Positions 1 to 8,801 of a DNA stretch of 64,000 nucleotides are shown here, piece after piece. A program made the translations under genes and the position numbers. Where the stretch lies: contig OZ244922.1 of the NCBI GenBank assembly GCA_965221905.1, positions 1,536,001 through 1,600,000 of the forward strand, given 5' to 3'. The notes under the pieces were generated by a model. That model did not search any database, had not been told where the DNA came from, and worked only from the letters and a program-made list of their open reading frames with translations. This DNA is from Chloroflexota bacterium (lineage in GTDB: Bacteria; Chloroflexota; UBA11872; VXOZ01). Numbering within the stretch: the first letter of the stretch is position 1; every line of letters starts with the position of its first letter.

Positions 1-10
1 CGTAGACAAC

Positions 11-901
11 GTGTTGATCTGTCTTCTCGCCGGAGGGCACGCTCTGCTTGAAGGGGTCCCCGGTCTGGGCAAGACTGAGCTAGTCAAGACACTGGGAGAG
101 GTGCTTGATCTGCGGTACGGTCGCGTGCAGTTTACGCCCGACCTAATGCCCGCGGACATAACGGGCACGACCGTTATCACCGAAGACCAGCAAGACAACC
201 GGTACTTTCGGTTTGAGCAGGGGCCGATCTTCAACAACCTAGTTTTGGCGGATGAAATCAATCGAGCCACTCCCAAGACGCAATCGGCGCTGCTTGAAGC
301 GATGCACGAGCGCACGGTAACGGTGGGAAACTCCCTGCATGATCTGCCGATCCCGTTCTTCGTAATGGCGACCCAGAATCCCATCGAGATGGAGGGCACC
401 TATCCGTTGCCGGAGGCCCAGCTTGACCGCTTCTTCTTCAAGATTGTCGTAAACTACCCCGATGCGGCGGAGTTGGAGGAAATCGTGCTCCGGACCACTA
501 CGGACACGGTGCCGGAAGTCCGCAAGGTGGCGACGACGAGAGACATTCTGGGGTTGCAGGTGCTCGTGCGCCAGGTGCCTATTGCTTCACACGTGCTACG
601 CTACGCCGTGCGCTTGATTACGTCTACGGACCCGGAGTCGCCGGAGGCCCCGCAGATTACGCGCAACTACGTACGCTACGGCGCGTCGCCCCGTGGCGCG
701 CAGGCCCTCGTGCTGGCCGGAAAGGTGCGCGCTCTGTTTGATGAACGCTATAATGTCTCGTTTGATGACATTCGCGAGGTTGCGCATCAAACGCTGCGGC
801 ATAGGCTCATCCTAAATTTCGAAGCCGAAGCTGAGGGTGTCAATACTGATACAGTAATCGATGAGCTAGTAATGACGATTTCACCGGATAGGGAAGAATG
901 A
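11..901 (+). CDS. moxR: MoxR-family AAA+ ATPase (probably 5'-truncated by the window edge)
   Basis: Walker A LEGVPGLGKT, QFTPDLMPADITG, Walker B LADEINRATPKTQSALLEAM, ATQNPIEMEGTYPLPEAQLDRF, GASPRG; followed by DUF58 and VWA genes. Confidence 0.95.
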   Translation: MLICLLAGGHALLEGVPGLGKTELVKTLGEVLDLRYGRVQFTPDLMPADITGTTVITEDQQDNRYFRFEQGPIFNNLVLADEINRATPKTQSALLEAMHERTVTVGNSLHDLPIPFFVMATQNPIEMEGTYPLPEAQLDRFFFKIVVNYPDAAELEEIVLRTTTDTVPEVRKVATTRDILGLQVLVRQVPIASHVLRYAVRLITSTDPESPEAPQITRNYVRYGASPRGAQALVLAGKVRALFDERYNVSFDDIREVAHQTLRHRLILNFEAEAEGVNTDTVIDELVMTISPDREE

Positions 902-1785
902 AGCCGAGTCCCTCGGCACTGATCGACCATGCGTTTTTGCGGCGGTTGGACCGACTGCAACTGATTAGTCGGCGCGGCTACGGCATGGTGAGCGGCGGCG
1001 GCAGGCGCAGTAGGCAATTCGGCTCTTCGATTGAATTTGCCGACTATCGCAACTATAGCCCCGGCGATGACTTTCGTCACGTCGATTGGAATGTGTTTGG
1101 CCGCTCAAACCGCCTCTACATCAAGCTGCGGGAAGCTGAAGAGCATCTGGCCGTGCACGTCCTCGTAGACGGCAGCCGCTCCATGGATTGGGGCCGACAG
1201 AGCAAGTTTGCCTATGCGAAGTCTTTGGCCGGCAGCCTAGGATACATCGCGCTCAATCGCGATGACGTGCTATCTGGGGCGGTCTTCAGCGAAACAATCG
1301 AGCAATACTTCGCGCCCGTCCAAGGGCGAGCCCACATCCTACGCTTCTTTAACTTTCTGGAACAAGCGAAACCGGTTGGCGGCGCCACGTCGCTTGTATC
1401 GGCAATTCGCAATTACGTTGCACGGAATGCTCAGCGCGGCTTGGTAATTCTGATTTCGGACATGATGACAGAGGACGCATACCGGGGTATCACGGCGATA
1501 CAGGAGGCCGGAAATGAGTTGGTCCTGCTCCACGTGCTGGATTGGGCGGAGATCGACCCGGAGTTGAGCGGCGAATTGAGTTTGGTCGACCGTGAGACCG
1601 GGCGCTCCATCAATGTCTCGGCAGACGCAGAGACGCTCAACCAGTACCGCGAGCATGCGCTCAACTGGGCAGACCAGCTTGAGGTGTTCTGCGGGCGGCG
1701 CAACGCCCGCTACGTGCGCCTTGAGACGTCTTGGCCGTTGGATGAGGTGGTGTTCCAGCGGTTGCTGCGGAGAGTCGTTCTATGA
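898..1785 (+). CDS. DUF58 domain protein (MoxR-associated)
   Basis: EFADYRNYSPGDDFRHVDWN motif, VDGSRSM, ILISD; ATGA overlap with moxR. Confidence 0.92.
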   Translation: MKPSPSALIDHAFLRRLDRLQLISRRGYGMVSGGGRRSRQFGSSIEFADYRNYSPGDDFRHVDWNVFGRSNRLYIKLREAEEHLAVHVLVDGSRSMDWGRQSKFAYAKSLAGSLGYIALNRDDVLSGAVFSETIEQYFAPVQGRAHILRFFNFLEQAKPVGGATSLVSAIRNYVARNAQRGLVILISDMMTEDAYRGITAIQEAGNELVLLHVLDWAEIDPELSGELSLVDRETGRSINVSADAETLNQYREHALNWADQLEVFCGRRNARYVRLETSWPLDEVVFQRLLRRVVL

Positions 1786-3629
1786 ACCTACTGGTCCCTT
1801 TGGCTCTCGCGTGGGGAGCGCTCATGGGGCTAGTGGTGCTCTTCTATATTTTGCGGCCGCGTAGCTTGCGGGTGGAAGTGCCGAGCATCTTCCTCTGGCG
1901 CGACCTAGCGCAACGCGAGCAGGCGCTTACCCTGTGGCAACGGTTGCGTCGGCACTTCTTGCTTTTCCTGCAACTCCTCGCCATTCTCTTGCTTGCGCTT
2001 GTGCTGGCGCGTCCAGAGCGCACGGCGGAGACTTTGCCGCAGCGGCACGTGGTGCACGTGATCGATGCCTCAGCAAGCATGAGTGTCGCATTCGGCACCT
2101 CTACGCGGCTGGAAAAGGCAAAGGCCGCCGCGCTCGAGCAGGTGGGAATTATCGAGCCGGGCGATCGGCTGACCGTGGTCAGTTTCGGCAGCCAACCTGC
2201 GATTCTTGCCTATCAAACACGTGACGTGCAGACAGCCCGCGACGCTGTCAACGGGATTACACAGACCGCCACGGTGGGCGATACTGAGCGTGCCCTGCTA
2301 CTGGCCGTTTCACTGGCGGACTCCCTGCCCGGCAGTGACGTTTATCTCTATACCGACGGCAGCTTTCCCACACCCGCCATACCCGAATCGCTCAATACCA
2401 CTGTGCGTTTTGTACGGGTGGGCGCACGGGCGGACAATCAAGGCATTAGCGCTTTTGCGGTCCGTCGACACCTCGATAGCCTTGAGGCTTTTGTCCAGGT
2501 GCAAAACTACAGCGCGCAGTCCGTCACGGTACCCTTGGCCATTCTGGCGGACGGTCAGCCGCTAGAACGGCACGACCTTACGTTGGCGCCCTATCCTGAG
2601 CCGGGCTCTTCGCTGGACTTGGTTTTTGCTGACTTTCCGGCCGGCATATCCCGTGTAGACGCTGTCTTGGATCATGAGGATGCGTTAGCGGCGGATGATC
2701 GTACCGCCGCGATTCTGATGCCGCCGCCGGTACTGCGGGCGCTCTTGGTTTCCGATACGCCCTTCTTTCTCAGCACCGTCTTTGCCCCATTTCCGTTCCT
2801 GGCGCTTGACCACGTGCGTCCCGTGGAATTTCGCCCGTTGGACGTTTACGACCTGTACATCTTCGACGGGTGGCTGCCTCCTCAACTCCCGCCCGGTAAC
2901 TGGTTGATATTCAATCCCCCGGCGGGATCGACGTTGTTGCCCGTGAGCGGCGAAATGCTGGAACCACCGCTTGACTACGTGGCGCAAGACCACCGCCTCA
3001 TGCAATTCGTGGACATCCGAGACCTGCGCGTGTCGCGGGCGCAACGCATGGAGCTGCCTCCTTGGGCGGACGAGTTGCTCGGCAGCAATCGAGGGCCGTT
3101 GCTCTTCAGCGGCACGATCGACGGACGGCGCATGGTAGTCTTTTCGTTCTCACTGTTGCAAAGCAATTTGCCCCTGCGTACGGCATTTCCGGTGCTCATG
3201 GGGAACATCTACCAGTGGCTCAATCCTTACCGCATTCAAGAGACGGTTTCTCACCTACAGCCCCAGGACATAATAGAATTGGGACTGCATCCGCATGCCG
3301 ACCGCTTGATCGTAGAAAAGCCGGGAGGCGCACGTGTCTCATTTGTGGGTAGACAACGTATTCCTTTCTCCGGAACAGAAGACCTCGGAGTCTATCGCGT
3401 GCTCCACTATGCGGGGGAGCAGGAAATCTACCGTGAAGTATTTATTGTGAGTCTCCAGGAGATGGCGGAAACAAACGTTGGGGCACAGATTCCCGCGGTT
3501 GCCGGTAGTGCAGCGGCCGTACCGCCGGTGGATCTGCCCGTCTTCCAGGAAATCTGGAGGTTTCTGGCGCTAATCGTGCTCTTCCTTCTGCTCTTTGAAT
3601 GGGTGTGGTACCACCGGGTGCGTACGTAA
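1782..3629 (+). CDS. BatA-like N-terminal membrane anchor plus VWA domain protein
   Basis: N-terminal LVVLFYILRPR..VPSIFLW..LLLALVLARP (BatA/aerotolerance N-domain), MIDAS VIDASASM, YTDG, C-terminal TM ending EWVWY. Confidence 0.85.
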   Translation: MNLLVPLALAWGALMGLVVLFYILRPRSLRVEVPSIFLWRDLAQREQALTLWQRLRRHFLLFLQLLAILLLALVLARPERTAETLPQRHVVHVIDASASMSVAFGTSTRLEKAKAAALEQVGIIEPGDRLTVVSFGSQPAILAYQTRDVQTARDAVNGITQTATVGDTERALLLAVSLADSLPGSDVYLYTDGSFPTPAIPESLNTTVRFVRVGARADNQGISAFAVRRHLDSLEAFVQVQNYSAQSVTVPLAILADGQPLERHDLTLAPYPEPGSSLDLVFADFPAGISRVDAVLDHEDALAADDRTAAILMPPPVLRALLVSDTPFFLSTVFAPFPFLALDHVRPVEFRPLDVYDLYIFDGWLPPQLPPGNWLIFNPPAGSTLLPVSGEMLEPPLDYVAQDHRLMQFVDIRDLRVSRAQRMELPPWADELLGSNRGPLLFSGTIDGRRMVVFSFSLLQSNLPLRTAFPVLMGNIYQWLNPYRIQETVSHLQPQDIIELGLHPHADRLIVEKPGGARVSFVGRQRIPFSGTEDLGVYRVLHYAGEQEIYREVFIVSLQEMAETNVGAQIPAVAGSAAAVPPVDLPVFQEIWRFLALIVLFLLLFEWVWYHRVRT

Positions 3630-3631
3630 CG

Positions 3632-6364
3632 ATGTTTGCCTACTTTACACAACCGTGGCTGCTGGTCCTGATCCCTCTCGCGTGGGGCATTGTTATTTTC
3701 GTTGCCGTGCATGGCGTGATGCAGCTTTCACGACGCACGCTCTCCTTGGCGACGACATTGCGGTTGGCTGCGGTTACCTTGCTTATCTTGGCGCTGGCAG
3801 GGCTGCGACTGCCGTTATCGGGTGGGCCGGTCAATACGATTTTCTTGCTAGATACCTCTGCGAGCGTACCTCCCGCAACACAGGCTGCCGCGCGCCAGTG
3901 GATTGAATTAGCGGGAGAGGAAAGTTCGCCGGATGACCGCTTTGCGATATTGACGTTTGGTGCGGACACACGCATCGATCAGCCATTCGGTCGCAGCAAT
4001 CTAGAAGCAGGTGATGCCATTGCCGGTCGCGACGAGCGCACGAATATTGCCAACGCGCTGGAGATGGCCGCTTCATTGTTTCCGCCGGACGCGCCCAAGC
4101 GTATCGTTTTGCTGTCGGACGGCAATCAAACGGCCGGTGACGTCATGCGCGCCGCGGAAGTAGTCGCGGCACAGGGAGTGCAAGTGGACGTCGTGCCGCT
4201 GCTTGCGGTACCCGGAGTGGATGCCGCGGTGACCGAGGTGGGGCCGCCGAATGCGCTGCGCGCTGAAGAGAGCTTTGAGGTGCGGGTTACCGTAGCCTCC
4301 ACTACGCAAGGTGAGGCGGTGCTGCGGCTGTTTATGAACGAAACGCTCGTTAGCGAGGGACCGGTTGTACTTCAATATGGACAGAATGTCTTTTCCATTC
4401 AGCAACCCGGCATCGAAGAAGGATTCTATTCTTTCCGCGCCCAAGTGGTAGCGCCCAACGATCAGCGCCCACAGAACAATGACGCCTACGGCTATTCGCA
4501 GGTTGGCCCCAAGGGTATTGTGCTGGTGGTGGAGAATTCTATCGGTGACGCGATCATTCTCACGCAGGCCCTCCAGGCAGCAGGCATTCAAGCGCAAAAC
4601 GTGACGCCGGCCCAGCTTCCGGCCCGCCCGGAAGACCTGGACGGTGTGTCCAGCGTCGTGCTCGTGAATATACCGGCTTCCTTGCTCACCGAACAGCAGA
4701 TGCAAGCACTGCAAGACTATGTGCAGAGCTTTGGAGGCGGTCTGGTGGCACTCGGCGGCCCAGCGGCGTTTGGCATGGGCGATTACGGCGGCACCCCATT
4801 GGAACACGCGCTGCCTGTGATCTCGCAACCGCCGGACCATGAGGAGTTGCCGACCTTAGCGTTGGCGCTGCTCATCGATAAATCGGGCAGCATGAACGAG
4901 GGTGCGCCGGTGTCTAAGATTGCCATGGCGCGGGAAGCCGCGGCGCAGGCAGTGGAGATACTGGAGACCGGCGACGTGCTGGGCATATTGGCGTTCGAAT
5001 ACTCGCCCCAATGGGTGGTGCGTCCCGCGCCGGTGAATAATGCGGAAGATGCCAAGAACGTCGTGCGGCGAGTCTCTACTATCGAGGCTGGCGGGGGCAC
5101 CGACATCTACAATGCGTTGCAGCTTGCCTACGATACACTCCGCCGCACTCCGGCTCAGGTTAAGCACATTATTCTCGTGACTGACGGCCAGTCAACGTCC
5201 GCGCCCGGTCTCTGGGAAACCCTGATGACACGCATGCGGCGCGATCACATCACTCTTTCGGCGGTGGCGATTGGGGCAGATGCGGACCAGAATCTCTTGC
5301 AGCGGCTGGTCAGGCTGGGGGACGGCCGCTACTACTATGCTGATGTTCCAGAAAATATCCCGCAGGTAGTAACGAAAGAGAGCCAGCGCGCGAGCCGATC
5401 GCTCGTTATGAGTCGTCTCTTCCAGCCCCGCGTAGTCACGGCTAGCCCAATTCTCCGTGCCATCCTGCCGGATTCTCTGCCTAATCTTTCCGCCTTTGTG
5501 CGCACGGAGCCGAAGGCAGCGGCTGAGACCCCACTACTCTCGGATACTAGTGAAGTGATTTTGGCGCAGTGGCAGTACGGATTGGGCCGCGCGGTGGCCT
5601 GGACGAGCGACGCGGGACAGGATTGGGCGGCTGATTGGGGTGAGTGGCCCCAAAACCAACGATTCTGGGCGCAGATGGTGCGCTGGACGATGCCGAGTCC
5701 GCTCAATCCGCAACTGGCGACCCAGGTTCGGGTTGATGGTAACGACGTAACGGTTGCCGTCGATTCCGTGGATGAGCAGGGCAACATTCGCAACTTACTC
5801 AATACTGAAGTCGAGGTGGCCGGGCCGGAACAGCGGGCGTTCTCCCTCAACTTGCCGCAGACGGCGCCGGGACAGTACGAAGGTACGCTCACTACGGACA
5901 AGGCCGGAGTATATGCGCTGCGGATTACGCAATACGATGGGGACACGCCGGTGGTGGAGCAGATTACTGGCGCGGTCGTGCCGGTGGCCGCGGAATTCTT
6001 GAGCTTTGAGACCGACTATCGGCTGCTCAGGCGTCTCGCTATAGTTACCGGCGGCAGGGCGCTCACCAGCGCGGCAGAAGCGTTTCGCCACGACCGGCCG
6101 CCGCCGGAAGGATACAATCGCCCCTTCTGGCAGCCGCTCGTGATCATTGCACTGATTCTCTTCGTTGCCGACATTGGCGTGCGCCGTCTCCGGTTGACTT
6201 GGTACGAAATCGGCATCTTTGGCTCCCTCGTGCGCGCGGTGCGCTTGCCGCGGCTGCAATTCCCCATGGCGGGTGAGGTGCGGCGCCAACAGCAGCGCTT
6301 TGCTCAATTGCCTTGGCCGGCACGTTTGCGGTCGCTGAGGCGTCGTGCTCCCAGACGGCGTTAA
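3632..6364 (+). CDS. Membrane protein with two VWA domains and a glutamine-amidotransferase-like domain
   Basis: Start moved to ATG 3632, just after the upstream stop. MIDAS motifs LLDTSASV and LIDKSGSM, LLSDG/LVTDG, GGGLVALGG GATase1-like segment, WQYGLGRAVAWTSD, terminal TM helices. Confidence 0.82.
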   Translation: MFAYFTQPWLLVLIPLAWGIVIFVAVHGVMQLSRRTLSLATTLRLAAVTLLILALAGLRLPLSGGPVNTIFLLDTSASVPPATQAAARQWIELAGEESSPDDRFAILTFGADTRIDQPFGRSNLEAGDAIAGRDERTNIANALEMAASLFPPDAPKRIVLLSDGNQTAGDVMRAAEVVAAQGVQVDVVPLLAVPGVDAAVTEVGPPNALRAEESFEVRVTVASTTQGEAVLRLFMNETLVSEGPVVLQYGQNVFSIQQPGIEEGFYSFRAQVVAPNDQRPQNNDAYGYSQVGPKGIVLVVENSIGDAIILTQALQAAGIQAQNVTPAQLPARPEDLDGVSSVVLVNIPASLLTEQQMQALQDYVQSFGGGLVALGGPAAFGMGDYGGTPLEHALPVISQPPDHEELPTLALALLIDKSGSMNEGAPVSKIAMAREAAAQAVEILETGDVLGILAFEYSPQWVVRPAPVNNAEDAKNVVRRVSTIEAGGGTDIYNALQLAYDTLRRTPAQVKHIILVTDGQSTSAPGLWETLMTRMRRDHITLSAVAIGADADQNLLQRLVRLGDGRYYYADVPENIPQVVTKESQRASRSLVMSRLFQPRVVTASPILRAILPDSLPNLSAFVRTEPKAAAETPLLSDTSEVILAQWQYGLGRAVAWTSDAGQDWAADWGEWPQNQRFWAQMVRWTMPSPLNPQLATQVRVDGNDVTVAVDSVDEQGNIRNLLNTEVEVAGPEQRAFSLNLPQTAPGQYEGTLTTDKAGVYALRITQYDGDTPVVEQITGAVVPVAAEFLSFETDYRLLRRLAIVTGGRALTSAAEAFRHDRPPPEGYNRPFWQPLVIIALILFVADIGVRRLRLTWYEIGIFGSLVRAVRLPRLQFPMAGEVRRQQQRFAQLPWPARLRSLRRRAPRRR

Positions 6365-6379
6365 CCATGGGGAAAGATA

Positions 6380-6799
6380 ATGCAGCGGAATGCCGAGATA
6401 ATCATTGCGCTTGCTAATCCTCTTATACGCTCGAGGGTGGTCGCGGTGCTGCGCACGCTAGGTGTAGCCGTGCACACACCCCACAACCTGGAAGAGCTTA
6501 CGAGCTACCTGGTGTCAGAGATCGAAGGCGAGCCGTGGCGAAGGCGCGTGCTCTTGCTAGATGAGGCGTTCATCTATCCGCACGTATACGAGGAGTGTTC
6601 TGGCATCAAGGCCGCTGCCCAGGTGCCCCTAACGATAATTCTGCTGGTCGAACCACGCACGCGCACGCGCTGGGATTGGAACGGCGTGGACCAGGTACTT
6701 AGATTGCCCATGAATGTGGAGGAGATAGCAGGCCGGGCGGTTGGTAGCCTTGCGGCGCAGAATTGCAGGTCGTATATTCAAGATGAGACTGCTCCGTGA
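6380..6799 (+). CDS. Small receiver-domain-like protein (degenerate)
   Basis: Alternating beta/alpha pattern with VLLLD and IILL strands and a GVDQVLRLP C-terminal motif; no acidic pair or conserved Lys. Confidence 0.5.
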   Translation: MQRNAEIIIALANPLIRSRVVAVLRTLGVAVHTPHNLEELTSYLVSEIEGEPWRRRVLLLDEAFIYPHVYEECSGIKAAAQVPLTIILLVEPRTRTRWDWNGVDQVLRLPMNVEEIAGRAVGSLAAQNCRSYIQDETAP

Positions 6800-6916
6800 G
6801 GAGAGGTCTTGAGCGGTGCAGAATGAAACACTTGATGGGACTACAGGATACGAAGCGTCCACTTGAGACGGTCACACCATACTGATAACGTGACGAAAAT
6901 CGAAAGGCAAGTGAAA

Positions 6917-7945
6917 ATGGCAACGGGGCCTGCGGCCGAGAGCGTGAATGGGCCGAATTCAATTCCATTGACCAGTATAGAAACGCACCTGGCGCTTGAA
7001 TTTGTCCGTGTAACCGAGGAAGGGGCGATAGCTGCCGCGCGCACGATGGGTCAAGGTAGCGTGGAACTCGCAGATGATGCAGCAGTGAAGGCGATGCGTG
7101 CCGCTCTCCAGGAAATCGCGATGGACGGCACAGTAGTAATCGGTGAAGGAGAACGAGACGAAGCGCCAATGCTGTACATTGGCGAGCAACTTGGCAGTGA
7201 AGGCGGTCCGTCGGTGGATATCGCCGTAGACCCTTTGGAAGGCACGAACCTCGTTGCCAGGGGATTGAATAATGCTATTGCCGTGATTGCCGTTAGTGAG
7301 CGCGGCGGACTGCTGCACGCGCCGGATATCTACATGGAAAAGCTCATAGTCGGCCCGCCGGCTGCCGGCAAGATAAACTTGGACTTCCCGGTGCTCGCCA
7401 ACCTTCAGATTATTGCCGATGCCTTACAGCGGCGCGTCCAAGACCTTACCGTAGTCATTCTCGACCGCGACCGGCATCGAGACCTCATAGAAGAGGTACG
7501 CAGCGCCGGTGCGCGCATTCGGCTCATCACCGACGGTGACGTGACGGCGGCAGTGGCGTGCGCAATATCGGGCACGGGCGTGCATGCGGTCATGGGAATC
7601 GGGGGTGCGCCGGAGGGCGTGCTTGCCGCAGCGGCACTGCGTTGTCTTGGCGGCGGCATGGTCGGCCGCTTTTGGTACCGCAACGACGAGGAACGCGAGC
7701 GGGTGAAATCCATGGGCATCTCAGATCCCGACCGTGTGTTCAATATCAATGAGCTAGCCAGCGGAGAGCAGATGATTTTTGTAGCTACCGCCGTGACCGA
7801 CGGCGATATGCTGCGCGGCGTGCGCTTCTTCGGCGGAGGCGTTCGCACGCAAACGCTCGTCATGACCGGTCAGCGCTTGCTCGTTCGGTTTGTCGATAGC
7901 ACCCACATCTTCGACACCCAGCAGGTGGGTCGCATTCGCATCTAG
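6917..7945 (+). CDS. glpX: Class II fructose-1,6-bisphosphatase
   Basis: GTVVIGEGERDEAPMLYIGE, DIAVDPLEGT, APDIYMEK, LITDGDV, GIGGAPEGV; likely ATG start at 6917. Confidence 0.96.
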   Translation: MATGPAAESVNGPNSIPLTSIETHLALEFVRVTEEGAIAAARTMGQGSVELADDAAVKAMRAALQEIAMDGTVVIGEGERDEAPMLYIGEQLGSEGGPSVDIAVDPLEGTNLVARGLNNAIAVIAVSERGGLLHAPDIYMEKLIVGPPAAGKINLDFPVLANLQIIADALQRRVQDLTVVILDRDRHRDLIEEVRSAGARIRLITDGDVTAAVACAISGTGVHAVMGIGGAPEGVLAAAALRCLGGGMVGRFWYRNDEERERVKSMGISDPDRVFNINELASGEQMIFVATAVTDGDMLRGVRFFGGGVRTQTLVMTGQRLLVRFVDSTHIFDTQQVGRIRI

Positions 7946-8102
7946 CCTTGGTTCAGAATGCCAAGTCACTTGTGTTGGCTCGTGCGGAGTGCACGGGTAC
8001 TCTCGTCCGGTAGATACCACTTGCGGCCAGCCGGCCCTCCTAACTACTACAAACATGAGGCCCGGAACAGGCCAACATTTGGCCCCTAGGAAAGTTTGAC
8101 GC

Positions 8103-8798
8103 TCAGCCGCCGCGAGCGAGCACAGCGCCCCAGATCCAGGGCGCGCCCCCATCTTGCGCCAGTCTGCCGGCGCACGTAACCAGGGTTGCCCCGGTTGTGG
8201 CCACGTCGTCCACGAGCAGCATGCCGCCGTGGCTGAAGGCGCCGCGGCGTACTGAAAAAGCACCGGCAACATTGCGGAGACGCTGCTCTCGCGAAAGCCC
8301 TACCTGAGGCGGTGTGTCCGCCGTGCGCGCCATGCCGTCCCTCAGCACGGGTACGTGCAGACTGTCGCTAACTTCCCGGGCAAGTAGCGAAGCTTGGTTG
8401 AAGCCGCGCGCGGCTTCGCGTTTGGGATGGAGCGGGACCGGGACAACCGCCGCGCATGGCGGTATTCCCGCTTCCGTTAGGGTTTCGCTCATCAATACTC
8501 CTAATTCCCTTGCCAAACTCGTGCGGCCGCGATACTTGAATTGGTGGATTGCATGGCGGAGTGGCCCGGCATATGCGCCTATCGTCACAATTCCACGGAG
8601 CCTTGGATACTTCATACTGCACGCGCGACAGAGCGTGTATGGCTTGGTGACCGCTGTGTCGCAGAGAGGACAGCGCAGGGTCGGCAGATTGGCGAACCGC
8701 CCGATGCAGTCTCGGCAAAGGTTTTCGCCGAGACTGCCGCATCCTACGCAGCGTTGAGGCAGCAGTAGGTCAAGCAAGTGGTGCAGCATTCTCTGCAC
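8103..8798 (-). CDS. comF: ComF-family protein (double zinc ribbon plus phosphoribosyltransferase-like domain)
   Basis: CxxC clusters (CVGC, CRDC, CPLC, CRAC), VPVPLH..RGFNQA, LLVDDVATTGATL. Confidence 0.93.
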   Translation of the reverse strand: MQRMLHHLLDLLLPQRCVGCGSLGENLCRDCIGRFANLPTLRCPLCDTAVTKPYTLCRACSMKYPRLRGIVTIGAYAGPLRHAIHQFKYRGRTSLARELGVLMSETLTEAGIPPCAAVVPVPLHPKREAARGFNQASLLAREVSDSLHVPVLRDGMARTADTPPQVGLSREQRLRNVAGAFSVRRGAFSHGGMLLVDDVATTGATLVTCAGRLAQDGGAPWIWGAVLARGG

Positions 8799-8801
8799 GA
8801 G

